Origin: Hydrolagus affinis
Lineage: Eukaryota
Direction: 5' to 3'
NCBI GenBank assembly: GCA_012026655.1
Contig: JAAILG010000540.1
Location: 1-64,000 of the forward strand
Length of the DNA stretch: 64,000 nt
Positions 12,584-26,853 of this stretch are shown here, one piece after another; position 1 is the stretch's first letter, and every line of letters begins with the position of its first letter. The notes beneath the pieces were generated by a model. That model worked only from the letters and a program-made list of their open reading frames with translations. It was not told the DNA's origin and searched no databases. Made by a program: the position numbers and the translations under genes.

Positions 12584-13263
12584 GAAAATAAGACGGAATT
12601 TGTCCGAACGTTGTGCTCAGCAAACTATTAATTTCTCGTGCAATTTCTGAAGATGGGAGTTTAAAATTAATCTCGCCTATAATTTCAAATCTAAGTAATC
12701 TGAGATTTTTGAACCAAGATTAGAGCATGTTAAAAAAGCGCTCTTAAATTTCTGATTATTATTAATATTGCAGCCTTGTCTCAATTGGTCTTGCATTCCT
12801 CAAAGTGCTTCTGGTTTAATAATTGCTTCTGTTAGATGTAATATTTATGTTTTATAAAGAAAATCAAAGATATTGTTTGTAGATATACAGTTTAGTTCTG
12901 AATCATTCATTGGTTACAATGTAGATCGTGGCCCAGATGAAGTAGCTAACCTTTAGTGTGACTAAAAGCGGAAACGAGAATGAACACTGTATCTAGTGCG
13001 ACATACTGGCGTTCATTCCTATGTGCTATATTAAGAGAGAAGTAAATACTTATTTAGGGAAGACATGTTTGCAGGGCGATGTGAACAGAGCGGGGAGTGG
13101 GATTGATTTGGACAGCTCTTTTCAAAGAGCTCACACAGAAACTAAGAATACATAGATTTGAAAATAAAGGCGAGAATAATTTTAAACTCCCATCTTCAGA
13201 AATGGCACGAGAAATGGATTGTTTGCTGAGTTCAACTTTCAGAACAAACTCTGTCTTATTTTC
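12584..13263. repeat. ~120-bp inverted repeat pair (12584-12705 / 13141-13263)
   Basis: Manual alignment shows about 18 differences in about 123 nt. Confidence 0.9.
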
Positions 13264-13291
13264 TGTGCTTGTATAATATTATGATTCTATG
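13035..13291 (+). mobile_element. CR1 LINE 3' end interrupted by a 120-bp insert
   Basis: GGGGAGTGGGATTGATTTGGACAGCTCTTTTCAAAGAGCTCACACAG [insert] TTCTGTGCTTGTATAATATTATGATTCTATG. Confidence 0.7.
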
Positions 13292-15176
13292 CTTAGTTCC
13301 TGATCTCATGTGACCTGAGGCAGAAAGATGCCAAGTGACCTTGGTTTAATATCATTGTATAGAAGCAGGAGCCAGTTTCACACTGAAGATCCGAAGAGAA
13401 ATTTCTCCAGTATGAGCATCAAGAATTTTCATTCCACCCCCTCAAGCCTTTCTTTGTTTCCTATTTGAGCTCCATCACCAGTGAGACTTTTTCCCAATAG
13501 TTCATATTGCTTGGGTATTTTACCAATTATTGCTTGGGTGTCAGAGGTGTAACTGTGGCACTCGCCTGAGAAAAATGTTCTCTCATGTTGACATGACATG
13601 AGAAATAAGGAGGGAACAGTAATTTAACTGGGAAGTGATAAAAGAACTCACTGAAAATCTGGCTTCTGGGCAAAAGTTCACTCTGGAACACATGGTAACT
13701 TTAGGATAGTTTGTAAAATTCAACAGAGAATCTTACCCATGTTCTATCATGAAAAATCTATTTTAAGTGTTTTATCCTCCTCTGCAATTTTCTCCGCTTA
13801 AACGTCCTGACTCTTGCTGGGGAGATATTTCTATGGGTGCCAGTATACTCTCGAACCTCACCTACATGGGCACAGTATTCATATGCGAGTCCAGGTGGTG
13901 AGTTTCAGAACCCTTAGACATAGCAACATTCGTTTGCAACAAAAGCTATTTATGATATTATCCCATCTTTATTATGGGTGACCTTGGAAATATGTTAAGA
14001 AACAGAAATGCCAACATGAAACCTTGGAGTAACAGCGACTGAGTCTGTTGCAACCAGAACCTCAAAGGAAGGCTGCTGTTATGAATAGCATTTGGTTGCT
14101 ATGACTTTGAGAGAGTGTGGTTTTCCACTACATCCATATTCTAGATTACATTGCAGTTAAATGCATCGTTTTTTTTTGTTCGCAGTTTGTCAGAATCTTT
14201 CTGCATCTGCCCTGATGTGTTCTGTCTGGCTGCAACGATTGTGCTTGAAAAGAATAAAGTCCGAAATGACTGCAGTCATTCAAAAATGTCAGTTAAATGC
14301 AGGATTTGAATGGTCAGGTTGTGAGAGGAAGCAGTCCATGAAAGAATTAAAAGAAAAATTGACGCTGTCCATGATTGAACTAGGTAGCACAGTCAGGTTT
14401 AGACTTCTATGGAAATGACAGATGGCTGGGGTCAGACCTCAGTTGGAGAAATCACTGGACTTTTAGAAGCTGTGGGTGAGAAATTCCTCACCCTTCCAAG
14501 TGGTAATATTGACAGTGTGTGCATGAACGGAGGCGGGCAGCTCATCATCAAAGTCACCGCACTCAATAGCTTGTGGAATTTGTAGCCAAATACATGACTT
14601 ATTTTTCCAGTTTGACATTTCTCGATCGCAAAAGCAAATCCTGCTTTTACAAATCAAAAAATGTGAATACACCCCTTTAGGCCCCTAATTACATTTTATT
14701 ACCATTTAGTTTGAGTGCCGGCTTACTAATGATAGTATTTTTATTCCTGGTGCAGCTGTTTCCCAATTTCTAGTATCTACTAAGTGAAAATCAAGGCAGA
14801 TTACATTTTATATTCTGTCAAGCAGAGCAATTTAATGGTGGACAATTCTGTGGATTTGGAAGTCCATATACAGTACTACACTATGAGTCTTCATGATGCA
14901 GGATTCATTTATTAAAAGGAGCCACTGTATGCAATACATTATTATTCAAATTCTATACAACTTTTAGTTGTATAGAAAACCCTTGTAAATTTGGGGATTG
15001 AATTATTTAGTTATATATGGCTTGTGACAGAAGTGCTACCAATGGGAAGGTTGCATTCTCAAGACAGTAACATGATGCGAGCAGAAAAGAATAGAATTGT
15101 AGAGTAACACACACCAGTAAAAAGAGTAACTTGAGTCTTCAGTAAGTGAGAATTCACCATGGTTGAGATGAATCTA

Positions 15177-15292
15177 GCAAATATGGTGTAAAAATATGAA
15201 TACAGCAAAAATGGTGTAAACACGTGAACTAAAATTGGTGTAAAGACGTCCTCCTAACGTGAAAGGCACTATACAAATATCATTTGTTGTTT
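15177..15292 (+). repeat. 2.5 copies of a ~27-bp imperfect tandem repeat (core TGGTGTAAA) abutting an L2 tail fragment
   Basis: TGGTGTAAA occurs three times, followed by GACGTCCTCCTAACGTGAAAGGCACTATACAAAT...TTGTTGTT. Confidence 0.7.
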
Positions 15293-15670
15293 TCCTTGAG
15301 CACTGAGGCACTATATCAAATGTAAGGATTACTATTTAAAGTGAGAAGTAATTGATTTGATCCCCATGTTTTCCTAATTAGCACATTCAATTTGGACCAA
15401 GGCACATTGATAGGACCGCAGTACAGAATGGGTTATTTTGCACTTCTGATGTGATTTTTTTTTTAAATTGCAAAGTAAAATGTTCAAAAATAAAACAGTT
15501 CTGTAGGTATTCCAAATAAATTAGCTGTCAAATAATCAGAGCTGTGTAGTGACAGAATGAGGCCAATCCAAATTGTGAAGGGTAACATAAAAAATACAGT
15601 TTTCCTGTAATTTGAGCTTGTATACCATCAGTTTCACCCTTTTGACTGGTATTGGCGTTGTTGTTGGCAG

Positions 15671-15797
15671 GTAGTGGGATGTGATCGACAACTTGGGAGT
15701 AAAACCAAGGAAGACAACTGTGGAATTTGTGCAGGAGACGGGTCCACATGCAGGCTGGTGAGAGGACAGGCCAAATCCCACGTGTCTCCTGAAAAAC
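15671..15797 (+). CDS. ADAMTSL3: exon 4: [42 protein letters not shown]
   Basis: ttggcag|GTA...AAAC|gtatgt; 127 nt, phase 0-1. Confidence 0.95.
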
Positions 15798-16700
15798 GTA
15801 TGTGTCAGGTTTTTTTTTGTCATTAAATTTGTTTGTTTTAAAAACCTAAATTCCTATTGCTTAATCTGAAACCTCACGCAGCTAGGAGCATAACTGAATG
15901 CATCATTTAATAAAGAGAATGCCATTCGCAGTAGCTTTTTGTGCTTTTTCATCCTTTCTATTTTCCTAAGAAATTCCTTACTTTATGATGTGTTAGCATT
16001 ATGGTAATATAAACCAATTTTTTAATATTCTACGATGGTTGGGTTGGGATGGGTGGGGGCAGGGGAGGGAGATTGTTAAAAGATAAAACGATAAATTTAG
16101 TTAATCACATGTGGGGTTTGGATGAAGTGTCAATTGGGCTGCTTGATCTCATCCTGCCTTGAATACTCATCAGAGGTTTCCACAAGATTCTTTGTTTGTC
16201 GTTTGAGACCGTGCAAGGTTACTTGCATTATTTTGACTCTGGTAAAGGCTATGTGCTGGTACAACAATCTCACAAAACCATTTGAATGTTGAAAGTACTT
16301 TACCTGGGAGTAAAATCTGGAGATTGTGTGCCATGATACTGTTTGCTTTAGTACTCTTTTTTTAACCACTTAAAAGTATGGTAAAGCCATCACTGCTCTT
16401 GAGTTGGTGTAAATCACCCTTGATCCTGTCGCTATTTGGACTAAACTGTGGCATTAAGTCATTGACAGGCTTTGGTCACATCTTGTATTGGGTTCCTCGG
16501 GTGCTGGTTAGGAGCTTGAATTGAATTTCATGCCTTCACATGTGTGTTCACACATTTTGACAGCTCACGTTGAGAAAAGAAGTGTCGTGTGAATATTTTC
16601 GGGCTGTAAAGCCATGCGGCGTGATGAATTACTGAGTGCTAACTGATGGTATGTCAACGTTCAGCTGATTTTCCTCCTTACTTTTTTTTAAATCACTCAG

Positions 16701-16775
16701 TGGAAGACACAGTGATTGCGGTTCCATATGGGAGTCGCCACGTGAAAATCACAGTCAAGGGGCCAGCCCACCTTT
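16701..16775 (+). CDS. ADAMTSL3: exon 5: (L)EDTVIAVPYGSRHVKITVKGPAHL; spacer domain
   Basis: cactcag|TG...CTTT|gtgagt; 75 nt, phase 1-1. Confidence 0.95.
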
Positions 16776-18564
16776 GTGAGTTTCATTTCAAAATCTGCAG
16801 CAATTTTAAATTGAGTAAGAGCAAATCTTTGAAGCATATAAATCAACGCAGATTAACCGCAGAGTAGAGCGTAAGGCAATCGCTGCCGCAGCCTGAGCAA
16901 ACTCTGGTCTCTCCAGCCATCACTCACCTCCGATCAAAGACGGTAAATGTATATATATGTAACCACGTTGCTTTCATTTGTTGGAAAGTTGTGTCACCCC
17001 AAACAGGAAAAACGGGTAATGCGTGTAAATGTTTCTTTAAATTGTAACACATTTCTGAAATCTGTGCAGGTTAGTTTGTTGGCATTTGTAATTGGAGCAA
17101 AAATCTAGCCTTCAGACCTCCTCAGCAATAAAAGCCCATCTGCAGTAAAATAGTAGAAGTGCTATTTGTGAAATGCTTGTTAGTAAAGTGCAGTGCCAGG
17201 AATACTCGTAACCAGCTAATTACTTTACCTCGCTCAGTCGATTACCTCCCAGATTGCAATGATGTTTGTGTAAAATCTCCCTTCTGCAAACATGTGATAA
17301 AATGTTACGTAGAAAACTTATAAAATCAGTCTGAGGTAAAATCGCACTATTTACAGTCTCAAAGCTGTACACCAGAAGGGTTTATGAAAGTTAAGAAGTG
17401 GGAAAACAGCTAAAATGAGTCTCTCAGTCTTAAAATTGTTTACATCATCCTATCCCACAGCTGGTGGTTTTCATTTGCTGCATTCAAACTTTTTATCTTT
17501 CAAATAACTATTGCAAGAGGTTTTATTTTCCCCTCCATTCTTCCCCATTCTTACAAAGCATCCCAAGCTGCATTTTGTACCGTACCAAGCCTTGCCTGAG
17601 AACACAGGGAGGTGATTAAAATTAAACTGCTCCCAGGCCACAATTGAAAGTCTTCATTTGAATTGCAATTAGGAACAAAAATGTGCGTGTTAAATCGGCA
17701 ATAAAAAGAAACTTCCCCAAGGATATGCCTTAGTTTTCTGATTTTTTTTTCTTTCCAATTAAAAAAAAGTACTGGTGTTAATAATGTAAAAGTATGTCAT
17801 TACCCACAGCAATGATGGAACAATAAGGCTTTATGGATGCTCTTCTCGCGAGTCTTTTTTTTCTTCTTCTGCTTTTGTCCTCTCTCTCTCTCTTGGTTTC
17901 TCTCCCACTTTGGATGTATTTTGTCCTTGCAGTAATAGAAAAATCTATGCATTTGATATTGGGCTTTGTTGCTTTGTTAAAATGTCTCAAGAGTACTTCA
18001 CAGGCCCATTGTAACGTGAGTGATTGTGCATTTATTATGTAAGCCCAGTTTTCACTTCCTCTGAGGCTAAGGTGTCTCTTTTGCTCTCTCCATAACCCCT
18101 GCATATACCTCTACCCTCCTCTGAAGTTTGGGTTTTAAAATTGGATGTCAATTAGTCATATTACTTTGATCAAAAGTTTCCAGATTTTTTTAAGTGCAAC
18201 TTTGCTTCTACGTTTGTGGAGTAATCATTCAGAAAATCATCAAAGAAACACAAGCTAACTGGTGGGATGTGCCAACATAATAGAGGGGCATTTTGGCCTA
18301 CGAATAAACAGCAGTGATCTTTTATTAAAGGTTATTGATACAGTGGTTTCTGGTGTGTGACTGAGTAAAGGTAAATAATATCTTGTGATCATCTGGTTTG
18401 CGTAACTAGGCATATTTGGTTGAATTTATACTGCTTTATCTGGCAAATGTGGAAACTAAAAGGTTGGCAGTAATGTTTTCAAGAACACATTTTTAAAAAC
18501 TATAAATATGTTGGCCTCACTCAGGCTGGGTGAGATATGCCAGTCAGTGTTGTAATGAAAACAT

Positions 18565-18730
18565 TAATAATCCATGCATTTGATACAATGCCTTATTACA
18601 TTGTTAAGATGTCTCTAAGCATAAGTACTTCACAGAATATATTGTAAAGTGTTGTGACTGGATTTTGTGTGCAAATCGCAACAGACAATTGTGACTGCAG
18701 TTTCCCACAAACAATCGTCGATTGAATGGT
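18565..18730 (-). mobile_element. SINE 3' half
   Basis: TAATAATCCATGCATTTGATAC...CTTCACAGAATATATTGTAAAGTG...CCCACAAACAATCGTCGATTGAA. Confidence 0.75.
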
Positions 18731-19010
18731 CAAATTTTTTTTTGTAGAGTTTGTTGGGTTTGGAACATGGGTACGAAAAATGGAAACCAGGATTTATAAT
18801 TCATTTCAAGAGGGCTACTTAGTCACACTACTGTATATTTGCCATTTATACTCAAAGTATTTTGAATGCCTTAATGAATAAATTGAGCTGAAGTATTTCT
18901 TGAGCTGAATTGCTTATAAAATGGCATTCCTCTACCATTGGTTGGGAGAGGGGGCTTAACAACAAAAAATGCACAATATTTTGATATTCCTGGAAACCAA
19001 TTTATTTCAG

Positions 19011-19168
19011 ATATTGAATCCAAAACGCTACAGGGACGCAAAGGAGAACACAACCTAAGTACGGTGGGATCGTATGACATTGAGAATACCACTGTTGAGT
19101 TTCAGAAAAGTTCTGATAAAGAAATTCTCAAGATGCAGGGTCCACTGGGTGCTGACTTCATTATTAAG
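19011..19168 (+). CDS. ADAMTSL3: exon 6: (Y)IESKTLQGRKGEHNLSTVGSYDIENTTVEFQKSSDKEILKMQGPLGADFIIK; spacer
   Basis: atttcag|AT...AAG|gtactt; 158 nt, phase 1-0. Confidence 0.95.
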
Positions 19169-19716
19169 GTACTTGTTTCTTGAAAGCATTGTCCGTTAAG
19201 GTAATTTTACCAACTCCATTCAAGTTCGTCCTAATGTACATCTTATTCCTGCTTTTCTTTCTACTCTCGACTTTGAACACATTCACTGAGAAGTACAAAT
19301 TTATGAGACCAACACATTGACTGACCCTTTCAACTAGGCACAGCCAAATAAGTCAGTGATACCATCAAACATATGTTTTCCTCATATGTAAAAAAAACAG
19401 GCCAACTTACGCAATGAAACTTTTTTCAGAAATATTACCCAATCCATGAAAATTGATCTGTTGATCAAGTATCTGTCAGAAGTGATTTTCCTTAAGCCAA
19501 CCAATCATTGTTTTATAGTTGGTGAAATGATACAAGCCTTACTCTCCGCCCTTTACTGAAAGTCTTAAAAGATCATTATGTTGAACTATATATACTTTTG
19601 AACACATTTCGAACTAATTATAATTTTCATTTTAAGATATTCTTTCAGATTGTTAGAGCTAATTGATACATGGTATTCCAAAAAATTATAATCTGGTCCT
19701 AAACATTTGACAAGGT

Positions 19717-19780
19717 GTTTGTGTGTATGTGTGTGTCTGTGTGTGTGTTTGTGTATGTGTGTGTTTGTGCATGTGTACAT
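19717..19780. repeat. imperfect (GT)n microsatellite
   Basis: Direct reading. Confidence 0.9.
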
Positions 19781-22700
19781 TTATAATACATATAAATATA
19801 TGTGCTGTACTTTAGATATAGCCGACAAATCACTTTTATATAATTGACTGTTACATTCACAGTAAATATATCACATATGGTACAGCTATATAAATATGAA
19901 CTTTTTAGACCTTTACTTTATACAGTGCATATAGCCATAAAGGAAAAACAAACCCAACAAAAGATAAGTTAAATATATCATCAACTGCATATTTAATACA
20001 TGTTTTGTGAAAAAGGGGCTGTATTTTATGAAATCATTTGAATGTTCCCTGGACTAAGAGGAACACTATCTCAGGAATGGCTTAAAAAGCGGGTATTTGG
20101 TGATCAATCATTTCAGATTATTTGCTCCTAACCTCTGAAACACCCTTCATACCGCCCCTCTCTATCTGTTTATGATCTACGCTTTTGACCATGCCGGAGG
20201 TCACCTCTGCCCTGCTAGATGAGCATTTCTGTCAAAATCTTGCAAACTGTTTTCTGTGAAGGGGACGATATGTGCAACTTGTTGTTGTTGTTGTTATACC
20301 CTTATTATTGTCAACAGCAGGAATCAATATGCATTCTACAATGGTTGTAATCTCACAGTTGGAGAGATAGCACTCCTGACTTCAGACTGTTCAGCGCCTT
20401 GGGACGCCCTGAAAGGCACTCTACCAATGTAATTTTATCGTTGTGGTTGCTTGTGAAATTATTCTCAGTAATTGTATGGTCACACTCTCGGGAAGGAGAG
20501 CAAAATAGAAAATTCCAATACTGAAGCAAATCCGAATTATCAACAAAAGGCTTCAGCGAAATGCAAGCAAATCCTTCTACAAGAAATTATCCTAGTAACA
20601 GAAAACTGCATAAACTTTACCTCACTGCACCAGCAGTGATCCTCAAGAAAATCAAATCAAAGTTATGATCAGTGCTGAGAAGAAGCTCTTATGAATCGTG
20701 TAGCACTGGAGCAGAATAGGTGGACATTTGGGGGATACATTTGTCCATTTTTCCAGCTTGTGGCATGAAAAAGAGGAAAGAAAAGAAAAAGTTAACACCT
20801 TTTTTTATGAAAAAAAACTTATCTTCGGCCCTGCCAAACCCAATTTTTTGATGCTTATTCTTACTTGTAAACCGGCCAACAGAGTTCAGAATTGCTCACG
20901 CTCTTGTATGTATTCCATGAAACGTTTGGCTCACAGTATGTGATGTCTGTAAGGCAGTCTCAGGGTTCCTGTGTCTGAGTAAACTACTCAAGCTTGGCTC
21001 GCGCAACCTGATGCAATTAGAACCACTTTGTAGTGTTACAGTCTCATAACACTCTCAGCCAACTGTTATATCAAGCAGTAAGGTCAAAGATGAAACTCAT
21101 ATTCACTCAAGTGAGGGCCTCACTGTCATAATGTGAAAGCTATCAGATAAATTACAGCTGTACGTTTATTCCTGTTGCTGGTTGCGAGTCAGTCTCCTCC
21201 ATTGTTAAGCTCTCTGGGATGCTACCCGACCTGAAGTGTGCTACGTAAAGTTATTGTTGGTATCGACGCAGAATTGAAAATACAAGTCCAATAGAATCAA
21301 AAATGCTTATTTAATACGGGCTATGGTGGCAAACTGTTACAACAAACCCACCAACTCTCTGCCATCTACTGCAACGTACACTCTCCCTTCTCCAAAACTC
21401 TGGGCGAACTGCAGGAATATTGTTTCTTCAATGTTTCCGCAAAATGATTTACGGCACCTCTTTTTGGCCGAAAAAAAATTAGTAATTTCTGGGAAAGCAA
21501 ATGGTAAAACTGAATGCAGATTAATAAAAATGTATGAAGCCAATGTCAATGATCAGACAGGGTGTACTGCAAGTCTTCTGGGCATGCTCTTCGATTGCTT
21601 TGAAAATATCCAGCTATTTTCCGACTGTTGTGAAATTAATATTGTGACAGCAACAACAACAAAATTACATTTGTATAGCACCTTTCACAATAACATAAAT
21701 TTCTGGTGAAATATACTGCTTGAATTCTTTTTATTAATAAATTTGATTTGATTTGGGCTGTTGAGTTGACTTTGTACCTACTGGAAGAAAAATGTTCGAA
21801 ACGTAGCTTGATTTAAAACTATGGCCTCAATGTGTAAGGGAATCCATAAGCTGTATGAGTACATAATGTTGGCTCAAGAACAACTCAGCCTCAGGAGCTA
21901 AATAAAAAAAATCACACTTGAATTTCTTTCCTGTAAAAAAAATCATTAGAAATACTGTATATCCATTTCCACAAGTGAAATCACAAGTCCAGATATTAGT
22001 AGCCACAGCAAAGCAAATCTAAACAATGGTGAAAGCTGCTAGTATATACTTGCCAGACTGCCAGGGAAAACTGGGTTTTTAGTGATCTAATATGGACAAC
22101 GATAGCATGAGTTATGTGCAGAAATTCCAAGGTAATGCGATTTGGAATGAAAAGCTACATAACCAGCGAGAGACCGGTACAGAATTAGAGAGTAGAGTTA
22201 ATGTACGGACCGTGTATCTGGAGACAGTGGAATTTTATCGGCATGGAATTGAATTTTGCTCTGATCAGACCAGGTTCATACCCTTTCAAGCTCTTTCTGT
22301 AAAATTGTGGCTGCCTCCGCTGATTCTACACTATCTCTCTGGTGCCATCTGCAAATTGTGCTAAATTGAGCCATCCCAGGTCATTTATATACATTGGGAG
22401 CAGATGGTGTTTGAACACAAACAACCTCATAGATTTGTACGGATAGTAGAGGAAGCGGGGGTTGATGTTTCAAATGGCTTTTTGTTTTGTCATGCTCACC
22501 AATGTTCCCACTGCTGGAATGAACAACATTCAAATTGTCCTTTTAGTTTCTTACATACAGTGGTACTTCTTATTAAACTGTCTGAGCAGCTGCTGCTGTA
22601 AACATATGGGGGAGATTTAGCATTCAACAAATTGAGCTCTTTGGTTGCCAATTTGTGTGTTAAAAGTAAAAAAAATTTGAACAAAACAGTTGTTGGTTTT

Positions 22701-24817
22701 TTTTTACATTCGCTAACCATAGATTGGTATATTCTGTATCACTGATAATGTGGACTGTGTTCTATGGGTAGGAGGGGAAGGGGCAGCGAAGGGAGCCCAA
22801 ATCTAATCACGCTTTTTTCTCGCTTGCCATCTTAAGTCTCTGGTCACAGAGGGCTTTACAGAATATTATATTGCTGTTACATGAGAATGATTCATTTCAA
22901 ATATATTAAACCTAAAATTCAAACTGAAGCAAAGTTACCAAAATCTTTTTCCACTTGACAGCTTGGGAAAAAAAAACTAAATACAGTACAATGCTTGTAT
23001 TCTTCAGGCTTCTTTTCACGTTTTCCGCAAGTCTTGTTAACGTACTGAGGAGGCGAGGGTGGTATATCTCTCTCTCACTTTCTCTCTTGTGCGAGCTATG
23101 TAAGGAGCTTCATGATTCCACTATAGACACACTTCATCAAAGTCATTACCAATTATTGGCAAGAGGAATTTTGAATTGTCTAAATCTTTTCCAGCAGTAA
23201 TTTGGGATTGCAAAGAGACCAAATTAAATTTTATCTTCCGCCCATTCTTACTTTTAGCCAGTCTGATCTCTCACAGCAGCCAATATGTCTGACAGAATGA
23301 GTGCTCATTCCTGCAGGATCGTTTGACCCAATGAAAACATGATATTAGTGTGCAGTTGTCGACATTTACACAACTGCCAATTTGCCATAAAACAGCAACA
23401 TAATCATGTTGAACATTCAAAGGTCTCAATAGATGCATTTTCAAGCGAGCATTTTGGAAGGTTACAAGTGATTGTTTGCCATCCCCTGGACACTGCTCAG
23501 TTTCTGCCTGGAGGATATGAGTCCACAGTCTAGCCTGATCTGTTAATATCGATGAGCGTTAGTTTTGGCATATTTGTGAGGGTAAGAATGAAATACTACA
23601 GAGCACTTGGGGTGGATGCATCTGATGGTACATTTACCCCAAACCTGCACCAGCATCGAATGCTGTGGCTTTCATTATCCACTACTTCGAATCGAGCACG
23701 GAGTGGTCGAAGGTGAAAAACATAGTGCTGTACACCAGAATTTATTTAAAGAGTCATTTTAAGTTCCTGCCACATTCTGCACATTTAGAAAATAAAAAGG
23801 AAGCATTTCAATGGTGAGGTACAACAGATTGTTGCAACAAGTTCAGACTGTGTTACTTATGACCTGCATGGATAGAATTTATGATATTCGCTGAGCAGTT
23901 TCAGCATTCCCAGTTAGTCACTAAACCTGCTGTTTTACCCTGACTGGTCACTGATGCCAGTATTCTGTGGCCTGCCCATGTTTTTCTTGGGTTGGATTTA
24001 AACTCGCTAAATTGAAATGTGGGTGTTTGAACCAGTTACCGTCAACTGCACTTGATTTAAGGTAAAAAAATTTGGGTATTTCTACAATACCACCATAATG
24101 AAAATAAATGTGTACTTGCAACTCCGTAAATAATGTGGAAAAAAATGCTGATGCAAATGTTGACATCTGATCACAACCAGTGTCAACGTGTATACTGAGA
24201 ACTTGCTACGCACCAACAATAATTTACAGTGCTGAGTGCAATTAATCTGAGCTCTCATAGTTCAGAGTGGTTGATAACAGTATCTGACCTATTGAAGACA
24301 CTTCAGATTAGACTACTTTCTGTCATTAAAAGATCGTATTAGTTTCAAATAGCATGGAATTTTCGAGATAGGACTTACACTCATTCAAAACCAATTTACC
24401 AAAGAGTTGGAGAGTGATTCGAAAAGTATAACAGAGATATTGAATAATATCGTTTTATCTACTGTTTGGGAAATGCATCATTACACTCTCAGTCCAGTGT
24501 ATATAATTGTGTTATGAAAATAAATGCAGCCTGGAATGTATACATGCATTCCTGCTTCAAACGCAAAACCTGTTGCTCAGGACACTTCTGGCCAACACAG
24601 TTTTCAAACATTTATTTTCAAACATCTTTCTTCTCGGCAAGAGTTGCAAACTGCCTTAATTCAACATTCCTTATCTTTGTGTGCCAGCCACTCTTGTGGA
24701 ATATTGCTGTGCTGGTAATATTTCCTGAGTAGTCATTTTTAATAATAAGAATTATAATATTTGCATTTGATATAGCACCTTATCACATCAAAGCATTTCA
24801 CAAGATATACTGTCATA

Positions 24818-25118
24818 TAATAGTAATCCTTACATTTGATATAGTGCTTTTCACGTCTTCTAGACGTCTCAAAGTGCTTCACGGAAGATATTGTAAAGTG
24901 AATTGACTGTATATTTGTGGGCGTAACATGGAAGCCAATTGCGCACAGCAGTGTCCCATAAACAGTCATGGATTGAAGTGACCAATTGATTTTTTTTTAG
25001 GGATTATTATTATTAGGCATGTGGAGAAAGGAAACTTGCCCAATGTTTCACCCTGCCTGGAATTGAACCCAGATCTCTCGCTTACAAGGCGAGTGGTCTA
25101 ACCACTGAGCTACAGGAT
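24818..25118 (-). mobile_element. full-length tRNA-headed SINE with L2-like tail
   Basis: Minus strand has box A TAGCTCAGTGGTTAGA, box B GGTTCAATTCC, body GGGACACTGCTGTGCGCAATTGG and the family tail ending GGATTACTATTAT. A second tail fragment sits at about 24740-24812. Confidence 0.9.
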
Positions 25119-25264
25119 TAGACCAACCTTCACCACAACCTCAGTTTCAAACAGTGGAACGTATGCCTATTTAAAAATACTGAACAATAAAATGATGTTG
25201 TCTTAAGTTTAAATTAATTAATTGATTATAACTGATTCCTAATAACAAGTTCCTCCTGACGTAA

Positions 25265-25365
25265 AATCAATCAATCAATCAATCAATCAACCAATCCAGT
25301 TTTATAGCGCCTTTCACGTCGAGAGGACGTCCCAAGGTACTGTACATAAATGCAATTTGTTGCTG
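25265..25365 (-). repeat. (AATC)n microsatellite next to an L2 tail fragment
   Basis: AATCAATC... followed by TATAGCGCCTTTCACGTCGAGAGGACGTCCCAAGG. Confidence 0.8.
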
Positions 25366-26036
25366 TGATAATATGGATTCAATGGAAACTGTTGAAATGA
25401 AATCGGTAAAGTGGAGTGACTGTGTATTTTGTGGGGAAAACAAGTTAGTTGACTTGTTATTTCACATTTGAGTTTTATAGATTCCCAAACAATATAATGA
25501 TGCTGCACTCTACTTGTAACATTATATCAAGGGCATCGTTAAATCAACAGACACTGATTGTTTTCTTAATGTTCAAATCTTCGGGATTAAGTCTCATTCA
25601 GTTTTTAAGTTTACATGCTATCAAGTATAAATTGAGTCGTGATCGAAAGTAGTTTTGGATGTAATGTTTCAAATACATATGTCAGGATTTAATATGGATT
25701 TGGAATATATTTGTAATACTGTATTTGTAATAATATGTTTCAGTGCAGCACAACTGGGGATACATCACAATGGGGGAATGTGTGTATGTGTGTGTGTGTT
25801 TCTGTATGGGATAGAACAGGCTCCAATGTGAAATTATAAACAGACTAGAACAATAAAAAATATGATTTGAAACAGAATATTCCAAATAGTCTGTGAGGAG
25901 AATCTAAATAGGGAATCAGTGACCTTGTCAAACCAATTGTTTAGGTCTGTTTCTCAGAAGTTTACTCTTCCTTCTTCTTAACTGCTGTTTCATGTTCAAT
26001 GCTATTGTTTAATTTTTTTTCTCATAATCTCCACAG

Positions 26037-26148
26037 ACCAGGTATATTGCAATGAAGGACAGTGTGGTCCAGTTTATCTTCTATCAACCCATCAGCCATC
26101 AATGGAGAGAGACTGATTTCTACCCTTGCACAGTGACCTGCGGGGGAG
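26037..26148 (+). CDS. ADAMTSL3: exon 7: TRYIAMKDSVVQFIFYQPISHQWRETDFYPCTVTCGG(G)
   Basis: tccacag|ACC...GGAG|gtaaag; 112 nt, phase 0-1. Confidence 0.95.
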
Positions 26149-26853
26149 GTAAAGTCATCAAACGAAAATCAATCCTGATTTTTGTTTCGATAAATTTGTT
26201 TGGACAGGAATATTTTGCACCGTATTGTACTTGTCAATCCGACTTATTCTGGAGAACAATTATATGCTTCAAAGTCCCAATTGTTCACATGAGCCGAAGG
26301 ATTGCAACAGTCAATTTCCATTCATTGATAAATTTACTAATATTTCTGGAGCACACGTCAGGTTTTCCACTTGTGCAACTGGAGTCAGTAAATTTAACAT
26401 CCAGTGGAGAATTATTAAAATCCATCACAAATAGTTATTGCTACGTTGTCAATCAATTTCATAATCAGAAAGAGCTGAACAGATGCTTGGCTATGAAAAA
26501 TATTGGAACTTATAGTGATAATTATGAATGGCCACATACGCGATAGACTCTTCTAATGACTCTAGTCTTATTGGGAGATTAGACTCTGTGAAGTGGTTCC
26601 AATCAAGGTTGAATAATGTAAATTATAATTTAGATGACTGCCTTTCATTTTTGTTTCATTTCATGTGCATCTGGAAGGAATCATTGAGTTTTCCTTTTTT
26701 TAAGTTGCTTTAGCTGTGGTTATTTCTCTCATTTGGAGAATTTAAAATGATAGTTTTTTGTTGTTAAGATTATGGCGATAAAGCTGCTCTTGACTTTTGA
26801 TTGAATAAGCCTGCTGCACAAGTCAATGAAACTGTTGCTTTTCATTCGCTTAG

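Noticed and set aside
25051-25118. tRNA-like cloverleaf on the minus strand (apparent TGT anticodon)
   Set aside because: It continues directly into a SINE body and tail, and sister copies at 41286 and 48780 have different anticodon loops. It is a SINE head, not a tRNA gene.
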